Source of the DNA: Malacoraja senta
Lineage: Eukaryota
Direction: 5' to 3'
Length of the DNA: 64,000 bases
NCBI GenBank assembly: GCA_038087875.1
Contig: CM075989.1
Location: forward strand, 20,586,001-20,650,000
Below the pieces are notes generated by a model. It was not told the origin of the DNA, searched no databases, and was given only the letters and a program-made list of their open reading frames with translations. Position numbers and translations under genes: made by a program. Shown here one piece after another: positions 53,202 through 64,000 of the stretch (its first letter is position 1; every line of letters starts with the position of its first letter).

Positions 53202-53559
53202 CAGGAGTCGGCAACCTTGTTCTGCATAGGGGCCAGGACCCATGTCTGTAAGCGGATGGCTGGCCACATCTATTGCTGTAGTGTGACACTTGGTGTTGTT
53301 TTTCGCATTAGTTTTCACGTGTTTTTCAATTAGTTTTCTGCATTTCCCAGGTCCCTCGCATGCCCCGGAACTGGCTGCAGTTCCCAGGTCGGCTCGCCTG
53401 CCCCGGGACGAGCTGCAGTTCCCAGATCAGCTCGCGTCCCCGGGACTGGCTGCATTTCCCAGGTCGCGAAAACTAATTGAAAAAAAACCCGCCTGCGGGC
53501 CGGATGATTTTGGGTTACGGGCCGGATCCGGCCCCTGGGCCGTAGGTTGCCGACCCCTG
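53202..53559. mobile_element. hAT (Charlie-like) MITE
   Basis: TIRs CAGGAGTCGGCAACCT / AGGTTGCCGACCCCTG. Perfect 8-bp TSD atctatag at 53194 and 53560. Confidence 0.9.
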
Positions 53560-54767
53560 ATCTATAGCCTTGGTATGTTCTATGCTTCTCACCATTGGCA
53601 GCACAGCACTTTTGAAGAAAACATAATTGTGATAAATCAATCAGAGAAGGACTAATAAAATGCCAAATGCCGTATGTAGCAGAGTTCTGCCCATTTTATT
53701 TCAATGTTGACACAAGGAATTACCAATAATAAAAAAAATACAAAATGCTAACTCAGCAGGTCAGGCAGCATCTCTGGAGGATATGGATAGGCACATTTCA
53801 GGTTGGGATCCTACTTCAGTCTGATGAAAGGTCCCGATCTGAAACATCATCTTTCCATGTCCTCCAGAGATGCTGCCTGACCTGCGGAGTTACTCCAGCA
53901 CTTTGTGTCTTTTTGTTGTCGCTATGATGCTTGGGGCCTGTTATTTAGTTCAGCCTATGAAGCTTGGGAACCCAATGCCAACGAAAATCAATTGATGCAG
54001 ATATTAGATGCCAAATTATTTTGTGTAGTTGCTGAATACTTTCTGCCAACTAATAGATCTTTGGCTGCCAGTCATGGTTTAAACCTGCAGTGCTTTTCTG
54101 TGTGTTCCCTCTCCATCATCTTGCAAGCTGTCAGAACCAATTGGATTGATTGCTTCAGCAAAACACAACATGCTGTAGCAATTCAGCAGGTCAGGTGGTA
54201 TCTGTAGATGGAATGGGCAGATGCTGGTCGGCACGTGACGAATGCTTTTTACTGGACCTTGGTTCATTTGATAATAAGCTAAACTGAAACGGAAACATTT
54301 CAATTCGGGACACTTCACTCAATCAAAAGGTCCTGACCCGAAACATTATCTGAACATTCCATCCACAGATGCTGCCTGACCTGCTGATTTCTTCCAACAC
54401 TTTGTGTTTTGCTCACGATTGCAGCATCAGCAGTTCCTTCTGTCACCGTGATTTGATTGCTTGCTTGTTTGAGAAGCAGATTTTGTAGCTCTGCCATGAT
54501 TCCTACAAGCCTCTGCTGATGGAATGATTCATATTAGTTGGAAGAAATTAGCACAGTTGGTTTGTTGGCCTGTTCAGTAATGTGGTATAATTATTTTCCA
54601 TGAGTAAACCAATATCTGTTCTCGTGGAATGTTTAATTTAGTACCATTTATGTGCATCAGTTGTATTTCATGACATGCTGGGTTTGGTGGAACACCATTC
54701 CTTGCTCTTCATAGGGCAAGAGTGTTTCATTATCCAATGTACTGGCAGCAGAACAGTGAAACCCTTA

Positions 54768-54945
54768 AGGGCCTGACCCACTTACGCGATTTATTTCGGC
54801 GACTTGCCGGCTCCCGTCATAGTCGCAGCTGGTCGCCGAATATTTTCAAAATGTTGAAAATCCAGACGCAACTAGAAAAGGGTACGACTCTTTGGGCGAC
54901 TACTCACGACCATACGGGCGTCACCCCGCGATGTCGCGGTTGCGG
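54768..54945 (+). mobile_element. Left-arm-only copy of the 32560 MITE family
   Basis: TTA followed by agggcctgacccacttacgcgatttatttcggcgacttgccgg..., homologous to 32560-32710. No right TIR. Confidence 0.8.
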
Positions 54946-55507
54946 TTAGTGTTGTGCATTCCATGCATTCTGAAAACTAAATGATACAGGACCAGATCTA
55001 AATCCCTGGACAGTGATGTCAACCATGCTATTTATTAGTGGCAATGTGTTACATTTTGTCTCTGAAATTCCATTCCCCTGACTCCAATGTTGAGCTAGCT
55101 CTAAGAAGCGTGTTCAGAACCACTGATGAATTTTGGGCAAACATATATTGTTTCTTGAAGATCTCATTTTGATCCAATGCAAAATAGCATCATGCATCCC
55201 ACAGAACTAACTGCTTATATTTTTAAGAGGGCGATTAATTTTCCGCAGGTAGTGTAATCACTCAGCACAATAATCATCTTCACCTTTCTATGATTTGTTC
55301 AACTCCAATAAAAATTGGACCAATTAGCATCCACTTATTGTGTGGGAGAAAGAATTGATTTTAACTCCATGTAAACAGCTAGCTGTCGTTTCTTAGTGAA
55401 ATTGCATCTTCGCTAAATCGGAGGCCCTGTTCAAGTTTGTGCTCTGTTCAAGTCAGTGAGGCTGATGTGTACCAAGTGTCAGATATCAGTTACCTATTGA
55501 GGACAGT

Positions 55508-55795
55508 AGTTTTAGAGATACAGCACCCCGTAGCCCACCAAGCCCTTGCTAACCATTGATCGTCCATTCATCCTGGTTCTACATTATCCCATTATCCATT
55601 ATCCCATTATCCACTCCCTACGCACTAGGGGGAAATTTCCAGAGGCCAATTAACCTACAAATCTATACGTCTTTGGGATGTGGGAGGAAAACCGGAGCAC
55701 CCGGAGGAAACCCACGCAGTCACAGGGAGAACCTACAAACTCCACACAGATAGTACCCGAGGTCAGGATCGAATCCGGTGGTCTGGCGCTACGAG
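55508..55795 (-). mobile_element. HE1-like SINE
   Basis: Homologous to the other copies. Confidence 0.7.
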
Positions 55796-56384
55796 ACACT
55801 CTAGATGGGGAAAATAGTTTTACTACTGATGCAACACCCTTGCATAAATTGGAGCTCTAGGTGCAAACCTATAATCTGACTACTAGAACACTTTGCCTTA
55901 TCACTGGCTCTACAACTTGTAACTCCTGTGACACTGGCAGTCCAATCAGGAACACAATTCACTGCTCTGCTGCAATTATCATTACTTAAAGAGACATCAT
56001 GCTGACATTGAGAGAACTGACAGGGTAGTTTTTTAATGCATTACAAGTCGTTCAAATACCAAAATTCACAGTATGTCAAAATTAATAGCATTTGTTCTCT
56101 CCAGCCTTTAGCTGCTGACGCACCACTCATTCCACGGAAGATAGACACAAAATGCTGGAGTAACTCAGCGGGACCTTTGAGTCTGAAGAAGGGTCTCGCC
56201 ACGAAATGTCACCCATTCCTTCTCTCCAGAGATGGTGCCTGACCCGCAGAGTTACTCCAGCATTTTGTGTCTATCTTCGGTGTAAACCTGCATCTGCACA
56301 GTTCCTTCCTACACATACTCATTCTATGGTTGTCCCAGTGTTGACACGTCGTTAGCAGTTTCTCCAAGTGTCAGTTTTGCGTTC

Positions 56385-57050
56385 AGTTGTGTTCAGTTTT
56401 GATGTCCATGGAATGGGAAAGATGTTGTGAAGCTGGAAAGGGTGCAGAGAAGATTCACCAGGTTCACAAGATGCCAGGACTCGAGAGCCTCAGTTCTAGG
56501 GAGGGGTTGAGCAGGCTAGGACTTTATTCCTTGGAGCGCAGGAGGATGAGGGATGATCTTATAGAAGCGTACAAAACCATGAGGGGAATAGATCAGGTAA
56601 ATGCACTGTCTTTTTCCCCAGATTAGGTGAATCGAGAACCAGAGGACATAGATTTAAGGTGAGGTGTGGAAAGATTTAATAGGGACCTGAGGGGTAACTT
56701 TTTTTACACAAAGGGTTGTGTGTGTATGGCACGAGATGCCGGAGCAGGTAGTTGAGGCAGGTGCAATCGCAATGTCTATCAAGCCTGGCGTGCAGTCAGA
56801 GGAGATTAGTTCAACTTGGCAATTTCCTTAGCTCCATAGATGCTGCAAATCAGTCTGAAGAAGGGTTTCGGCCCGAAACGTTGCCTATTTCCTTCGCTCC
56901 ATAGATGCTGCTGCACCCGCTGAGTTTCTCCAGCACTTTTGTCTACCTTCGATTTTCCAGCATCTGCAGTTCCTTCTTAAACAGTTCAACTTGGCATCAT
57001 GTTCAGCACCGTCATTGTGGGCTGAAGGGTCTTTACACTGTTCTATGTTA
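56385..57050 (+). mobile_element. CR1-clade fragment, second subfamily, with nested Penelope-derived insert
   Basis: GLSRLGLYSLERRRMRDDLIEAYK. Confidence 0.75.
56822..56982 (+). mobile_element. Penelope-derived partial-tandem insertion with intact hammerhead-like core, nested in a CR1 tail
   Basis: TSD agttcaacttggca at 56808 and 56983. CTGAAGAAGGGTTTCGGCCCGAAACGTT at 56855-56882. Confidence 0.85.
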
Positions 57051-57833
57051 TTTGCCAGATATGTTATCTTTATATCTTGAATTTCCAGGATTATGAATTT
57101 ATTTTTTTCCACATACGACTCTGTTTATAAGCATGTCGTTGACCAGTAATGGCACAGAAAAAGCTGATACAGAAATAACGAAGTTACTTTATTTGTCAGC
57201 TGGATAATGCCATCATGCATTAGTTCTTAGCAAATAAATGCTTGGTGCAATTGAATATGAACCCGAGTATGTAATGTTTATGAATATCATTAACGCTGCC
57301 ACTTCACATTTTGGTAATGAATGCAAATGGGACACAGCTGCAATTACAAGCCGGCTACACAAAACTTCTTATTACTTTGATTGATGATATACAAGCCTGA
57401 ACTTGATATGAATAAGAATTAGATTTGGGCATCTGACAAGTTGCTGAGCTCAGCAAAGGAATTTTACAGACTATCTTCTTCCCAACAAGTGCCCAATGAG
57501 GATTGGTAAAAGTGCACCTTGTGAAAGGATTGCATGGACGGTTGAAATGGTGCAACGTGTCAGAATTGCCACACGTACTTACGGACTTGTGCTGCCGGCT
57601 GGCCAGGGGGACAAGCGGCTATGGAGGTTGAGTGATGCCTCTTGATATTTGGGAAAAGCCTGGCACGGAGAGAGAGAGTTAACACTAGATGGACACAAAA
57701 TGCTGGAGTAACTCAGCGGGACAGGCAGCATCTCCGGAGAGAAGGAATGGGTGACGTTTCGGGCCGAGATGCCGCTAGTCAACACTAGCCTATGTCATGT
57801 AACTAGCCTTCGCTTTGATGGTATATTATAGTA

Positions 57834-58285
57834 CAGGCACTCCCTGACTTGCGTTATAGGCGACATATGTACACCCGCACTTGCGTAAGCAATTCTTTAC
57901 GGCCACTGCTTCATTTCTGTTGCATGCCTCCGTAGCAGTACGCCACTGTTTCCACGTATGCGACTGTTTCCGCAAGCTAGTCAGCTGTTCTCATGGATGC
58001 TGCCTCCTAGTCTCCACGCTGGAGCTCCACCCTGGTCTCCACCTTGGAGCTCCCCCCGTGTTCTCCATGCTGGGCCTCCCCCCTGATCTCCACCTCGGAG
58101 TTCCCCCCTGGTCTCCACCTCGGAGATTTTCCCGTGGTCTTTACCTCTGAGCTCCCCCCCGTGGTCTCCGCGTCGAATAGCAAAGTTACACGTGCGCAGC
58201 AGCACTTCAGTCTCCAACTTGCGTAACATCTGACTTGCGCGAGGCTCTATGGGACCCAACCCTTACATAAGTCGTGGAACGTCTA
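57834..58285. mobile_element. Tc1/mariner (Tigger/pogo-like) MITE with internal minisatellite
   Basis: TA-flanked degenerate TIRs CAGGCACTCCCTGACTTGCG / CATAAGTCGTGGAACGTCTA, with internal repeats of about 24 bp at roughly 58008-58172. Confidence 0.6.
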
Positions 58286-59891
58286 TATTAAATGTTCTCT
58301 TTCTCTTGACAACAACAATCTCCAATGGTTGCATCCGTCTTGGTCATTGTTAAAATGTCAATAGTTATTTTCTTTGCCTTTCCCTCTAAACTGGAATTGG
58401 AATCCAAAATTCATCCATGTCATAAACTTGCCCCCTTTTAATGCATTGAATGTATTTAACGTCTGCTCTGTCAGGGATAGTCAAGACTAGAATAGTCTTG
58501 AACGCTTTGATCTGAAGAGGCTCAACCAACACTTGTGTCTAAATCAAGGTCAGGACACGAGAACAAATCAAGTCGTCGAGTTTCCTGTCATATGCACAAG
58601 TGTGGTGATGTAGAGCTGCAATGAAAATCTTGCTTGCAGCAGCATCACTGTCAGTTCGATTCAGACAAACGAATAAATTATAAAAAATTCTGCAAGACGA
58701 CCGACAAAGACTGTGCAAAAAAAACAAGACATTAGTTCAAAAAACAACTCTGAAAAGAAGTCCATGGTGGTGCAAGAGTTGGGCTGTGGTATTCCATTAT
58801 TCAGGTAAAATTAGGATTGTTTCAAGAACCCGATAATTGTAGGAAAGGGATTGTTCCTGAATCTGGTGGTATGTGTCTTCACTCCACCCAGCTGCCATTT
58901 CTTGTCTTTCTGTTGTTGGAATTGCCGTACCAAGCCACAACGCTGTTTCTAATGCACAACTTTGTTTTACCTCTTGGATTTGCAGTTCCATCAATCGATT
59001 TCATTGCAAAATTCTTGTCATTCATCTATTCGGCCGTGGTCGATGCCCCTCGAACCTCTTCACCTCATTCCAAAGTTTTACTCTGCAACCAATTGTGAAT
59101 GGAGCGATCGTAAATCATGTGCTGTCTTTCCGCTGACTGGTCAGCAAAAGCTTTTCACTGTACCTCGGTACACGTGACATTAAACTAATTCTCTTTGTTA
59201 TGATATTCTCACTGTTGATGTTCACACTCCTCACATTGTTCTCACTCTCATCCGCGATGGGATCTGTTCAACTCGTTCGGGTCTCGACCCAAAACGTCAC
59301 CCGTTCCTTCTCTCCAGAGACGCTGCCTCACCCGCTGAGTTACTCCAGCATTTTGTCTCGTTTCCTCATTACATTAGCATTCTTCTCCAAGCCTTGCTTT
59401 CAAAGCCAAAGCTTGGCATCGCTTCCTGGTTCAGTGCCTTTGTTCTTTCTCTCGAGCGGTGCTGGAGATGACTGGATCAGAGCAGAGATGAAAATGTGGG
59501 AACAGAATTTCCATAAGAGAATTAAGAAGCCATAGTTTTAAGCTTTGGCTGTAGATTTCATACTGCTGACTAGATGTGCGTTTGCGATTTTTTAAAGGAG
59601 GAAATAATTTATTGATTGCATGCAGATTTTAAAACCCGACAACCCTTCGACTGATACCTTGGTTTTCAGTGCTGTAGGTAAGTGATATCAATATATTTTC
59701 TTGAGCAAAGTGCAGGAGGAGTGCAGCGGGTCAGGCAGCATCTGTGGAGGGGATGGACAAGTGATGTTTCAGGCCATGGCTTTTCATCAGACTGATTAAT
59801 CTTTGGGCCAACATGTCTCATCTACACTGGTCCCACCTGCCTGCGTTTGGCACATATCCCTCCAAACCTGTCCTTTCCATGTACCATGTTC

Positions 59892-60251
59892 GGGACGACA
59901 GATGGCGCAATGGGCTAAGTGTTCGGCTGGCAACCGGAAGGTAGCCGGTTCGAATCCCGCTTGGAGTGCATACTGTCGTTGTTTCCTTGGGCAAGACACT
60001 TCACCCACCTTTGCCTGCGTGTGAATGTGTGTGAATGTGTGTGAATGTGTGTGAGTGATTGGTGGTGGTCGGAGGGGCCGTAGGCGCAGATTAGCAGCCA
60101 CGCTTCCGTCAGTCTGCCCCAGGGCAGCTGTGGCTACAGAAGTAGCTCACCACCACCGAGTGTGACTGAGGAGTGAATGAATAATGCGATGTAAAGCGCC
60201 TTGAGTATTAGAAAGGCGCTATATAAATCCCATCCATTATTATTATTATTA
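59892..60251 (+). mobile_element. Intact tRNA-derived CORE-type SINE with L2-like tail
   Basis: A box TGGCGCAATGG (59903), B box GGTTCGAATCCC (59947), CORE-like tccttgggcaagacacttcaccc, tail tgtaaagcgccttgag...gaaaggcgctatataaat and (TTA)n. Confidence 0.85.
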
Positions 60252-60561
60252 CCTGTCTAGTTGTTCCTTAAACGTTGCCTCAACTACCTCCTCTGGCAGC
60301 TCGTTCTATCCATAACCCGCCCGCCACCTCTTGGAACGTACACCATTGCATCTAGTGACATCTATCACTGCTTCCCAGGTCAGAGTCATATGTAGAGTGA
60401 CTCCCAGCGTCTGCTCGAGGATCATTTGGATGCAGGTGAGATTTCAATGAAGGTGGACATTAACACTGTTAGATCCTGCTTTGATATGGAACCGATCAAC
60501 ACAACATTTAGCAGCTGTCTATTGAATTTATTTCAATAAGTAGGCGGCATTAACACAAAGT

Positions 60562-60990
60562 GACACAAAGGGCTGGAGTAAGTCAGCGGGTCAGGCAGCA
60601 TCTCTGGGGAACATGGATAGCTGACGTTTCTGGTGGGGCACTTCTTCAGACCAAATGTGGGGGTGGAGGGAAAAACTGGAAGAGAGGAGAGGCAGGACAA
60701 AGTGTGGCAGGTAATGGGTAGACACCGACGAGGGGGGGGGGGGGGGTGGTTGATAGGCAGCTGGTTGGAACAAAGGCCAGATATTAAAGTAGAAGGTGTG
60801 AGAGAAGGATTGAAAGTCGCAAATTGTGAAGCTAGAGGAAGGAATGTACGAGTGGGTGAGGGGGGGGGGGGAAGATAGTGGTGTGAGTCCAGGTGGTGGA
60901 CAGGGGAGGGGGGGATGAAAGGGGAGGGAGTGTGGTGGAGAAAATGGAGGGCAAGGTTCGGAGGAGGTTACCTAAAATGGGAGCATTAAC
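60562..60990 (-). mobile_element. Penelope-like element 3' fragment (G-rich on + strand)
   Basis: Reverse-complement terminal repeat followed by G-rich 3' region homologous to 7025-7230 and 12490-12710. Confidence 0.6.
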
Positions 60991-61497
60991 TCTGAGTGCC
61001 ATCTGCAGTGCACTCGGGAGGCATGGACTGTTATTCTCACATTGTTTTTATGGCTGACTAGTCATGATTACACAATGTAACCGTAAAGGTCCTCTTTGTT
61101 GGTATAATTAGTGTTATTATACTTTATAATACATTATCATGTCCATACCTTGATAAGAAAATGTGTTATTCTTGGTGTGTTGACATGATATTAAAATGTC
61201 TCTATGGGTAAAGAGGCGGTGAAAGGTTTTACTCAAACTTGGGTTTCTCGTGCATGGATCGCTGGTCAGTTTAAAATAAATCCAAGTGTTGGAGTTCCGG
61301 CCCTACCCATCTAGCGCTGAAACTGTTTTCTATCACCTGTGGACTCTGCCATTCCAGTGCCATCCTGACCACTATTAAAAGTACTGAGATCAAAGTTCTG
61401 TCTCCAGTGTTGCAATCCTCACCATCCACGCTCATTCATCTTACACCTGCTTACTGATCTGTATTACATTTGAGTGTGCCAGAACCTCGGTTAGTGT

Positions 61498-61964
61498 GTT
61501 TAAGAAGGAACTGCAGATGCTGGAAAATCGAAGGTAGACAAAAATGCTGGAGAAACTCAGCGGGTGCGGCAGCATCTATGGAGCGAAGGAAATAGGCAAC
61601 GTTTCGGGCCGAAACGTTGCCTATTTCCTTCGCTCCATAGATGCTGCTGCACCCGCTGAATTTCCCTTGGGTTTCGGGCCGAAACGTTGCCTATTTCCTT
61701 CGCTCCATAGATGCTGCTGCACCCGCTGAATTTCCCTTGGGTTTCGGCCCGATACGTTGCCTATTTCCTTCGCTCCATAGATGCTGCTGCACCCGCTGAG
61801 TTTCCCTTGGGTTTCGGCCCGATACGTTGCCTATTTCCTTCGCTCCATAGATGCTGCTGCACCCGCTGAGTTTCCCTTGGGTTTCGGCCCGAAACGTTGC
61901 CTATTTCCTTCGCTCCATAGATGCTGCTGCACCCGCTGAGTTTCTCCAGCATTTTTGTCTACCT
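61498..61964. mobile_element. Penelope-derived hairpin insertion with internal tandem expansion
   Basis: One minus arm followed by five plus-arm units. Flanking duplication acctcggtta(g/a)tgt at 61484 and 61961. Confidence 0.85.
61601..61943 (+). repeat. 70-bp tandem array, about 4.9 units
   Basis: Units start at 61601, 61671, 61741, 61811 and 61881 (gtttcgg(g/c)ccga(a/t)acgttgcc...tttcccttgg). Confidence 0.95.
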
Positions 61965-62139
61965 CGGTTAATGTCCCTGACCACATGGACAAACGCCTCC
62001 ATGGCCTCTGCTTTCTCTTACTCTGCAACTTCTTCCGGTCCTTAAAGTCGCCTAGGATGACGGTACATTTGAGAAAATTATTCTCGTGTACTATCAGCTT
62101 TCGTTGGCATTGTGCAGGTGTGTTTTAAGGCTTTGCATT

Positions 62140-62642
62140 AGGGTGGTGCAGCTGGTAGAGCTGCTGCCTCACAGCGCCAGAGACCCGGGTTCGATCACGA
62201 TCTCGGGTGCTGTCTGTGTGTGTGGAACTTGCATGTTCTCCCAGTGACCGCGTGGGTTTGCTCCAGGTGCTCTGGTTCCCTTTCACATCCCAAAGATGTG
62301 CGGGTTTGTAGGTTAATTGTCCTCTGTAAATTGCCCCACGTTTGTGGGGAGTTGGTACGAAAACGTGATATTGTACTTTGCTGGCTTTACCTTGCACTAA
62401 AAGTTATTCCCTTATCGTGTATCTGTAGACTGGAAATGGCTAGATTGTAATCATGTCTTGTCTTTCCGCTGACTGGATAGCATGCAACAAAAGCGCTTCA
62501 CTCTACCTCGGTATTCGCGACAATAAACTAAAACAAGGACTAAAGACTAACTGGCAAGAACAGGGGATTGACGGTCGGCACGAACTCGGTGGGCCGAAGG
62601 GCTTGTTTTCATGCCGTATTTCTAAAACTAAAACTAAACTAA
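62140..62642 (+). mobile_element. HE1-like SINE interrupted by a Rex1-type 3' tail (about 62380-62535)
   Basis: Head ggtggtgcagctggtagagctgctgcctcacagcgcc, B box ggttcgatc, tail gggccgaagggc...(ctaaa)n. Confidence 0.7.
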
Positions 62643-62924
62643 TTGCTGCCTACAACAACACCTTTCCTGGTGGGATTTTTAAAAATAGTTCTGATATACC
62701 ACACTGAAGTGTAATATCCCCAGGAACATTCAGTTCATAAGCAGATTCTTGCCAAGGCACACACTTCAGTAAAATGTGCAATTTAGCCAACTTAAAAATA
62801 GATGATTAAAATCAGTGTGCATTGCAGTTGGTAAAGCAGAAACAGAAAACATTTTTTTCCAGTTGTACTGTAAAGTTAACCTCTCTTCAATGAACTTAAA
62901 TTAATTTTATACATGGTCTTCCCT

Positions 62925-63262
62925 CACTCTCTCTCTCTCTCTCTCCATCCCTCCCCCATCCTGGTACCCTGACTAGTTTGACTGTCCTCCTGATTACATT
63001 TTACTTTATTTGCCTCGTTGTTTACTTCCCCCAGCTAACAATGATCCATTCTACATTTTCCTTGATCTTCATCACCTTTGATCTCTCGTTTTCGCACCTT
63101 ACCCTTCCATTTCTCTCCTTTCCCTCTCTCCTGAGTCATAATCTGAAGAAGGGTCTCGACCCGAAACGTCGCCCATGCCAGCGTTGCTGCTTGTCCTGCT
63201 GTTACTCCAGCGTTTTGTGTCAATCTTCGTGTAAACCAGCATCTACAGTTCCTTCCCACACA
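62925..63262 (+). mobile_element. Penelope-like element 3' fragment with intact hammerhead-like core
   Basis: Pyrimidine-rich 3' region, then CTGAAGAAGGGTCTCGACCCGAAACGTC at 63143-63170 and the terminal repeat. Confidence 0.75.
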
Positions 63263-64000
63263 CTTAAGATCCATTAGTTCTGTGATGTTTCCTGTTGCTC
63301 TTAAATCACAATTACTGATTTATTAAGTGCAGCAGCTACTGAAGGTTCTGTAATAATTGAATTATGTGGCCTGCTGTTATTATTTCTGATTCATTTATGT
63401 ATCCGTTTGATGTAGATGAGTCTTGAGACTGAATTGTTCTGTATTTGATCGTCGTTCAAATATCAAAAATGGTGCAAATTGATCTGAGTGTGCAAGGGAT
63501 AAATTGGTTGTTAAGTCTAATTTAAACTCCCTTCCCTGCCATCGTTTGATTGAATCTTCCATTGATTTAATAAACGAGGAATTTTGAATTGTAAAATTAA
63601 ATATAGGATTGGTTTCCTTTCCCATCTAAGCCAAACAGTTGGCAATAGTTGTTGATTAAAAGCTTGATATGCTCTCAACTTTTATTTTTCGTTGTATTTT
63701 TCATTTATTTTGTGGGAAAGCACATGTGATTCAGTAAACCAATTAGTCAAAGTCATGGAGAACCAATTAAGAAATAATCAGGATGGTTAATTCAATTGAA
63801 GAGTAGAAATTGCATCATAATTGAGATAATTTTGAGTTGATTTATTTTCTCTTCAGCTTTGTGCCACTGTGTCCCCGAGTGGATTAACTCCTTCCGCGTT
63901 AACGGTGGAATGACCGGGATTCGTTGCCGGGAATCTTGGCTGCCTGACCATGGATCACTAGAACTGAGTCTGGGATCTGTGTTCTGGGCTGCTAAAGTGT

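Noticed and set aside
59892..59970. Functional tRNA gene
   Set aside because: The acceptor stem is poor, the T stem has a mismatch, and the head runs directly into a SINE body and tail with no terminator.
61601..61943. CRISPR-like array
   Set aside because: No unique spacers. The units are contiguous 70-bp copies of a retroelement arm in a vertebrate genome, with no cas genes.
63857..64000. Acceptor-like ttttctcttcag as the next MEF2 exon
   Set aside because: Phase-0 translation (LCATVSPSGLTPSALTVE*) does not resemble the expected alpha exons (ALNKKE.../TLRKKG...) and stops early.

Overview
Eukaryotic genomic DNA, most likely from a cartilaginous fish (ray/skate-like). This is inferred from dense HE1-like V-SINEs, CR1/HER1-like LINE 3' ends, Rex1/Babar and Penelope-derived repeats. 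The only host gene is the 5' part of a MEF2-family transcription factor on the + strand, best matching MEF2A. It has an ATG exon (CDS 25501-25554) and the MADS/MEF2-domain exon (32936-33139). I found no following alpha exon, so the next intron appears to exceed 30 kb. Nearly all other ORFs in the track are repeat-derived or spurious, and there is a 200-N assembly gap at 17413-17612. The most notable structure is a very abundant family of short Penelope-derived insertions. They carry a minimal hammerhead-ribozyme-like core (CTGANGA-A-stem-GAAAC-GTH) and often occur as TSD-flanked fold-back hairpins whose two arms share copy-specific mutations; one has expanded into a 70-bp tandem array. Other items of interest: a Met-His-stop uORF ahead of the MEF2 start, a 320-bp palindromic Harbinger-like MITE just upstream of the MADS exon, a CR1 chimera that copied unique intronic flank, and an intact teleost-like CORE-SINE. 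Repeat family names are from recognition, not database searches, and repeat boundaries are approximate unless TSDs are given.
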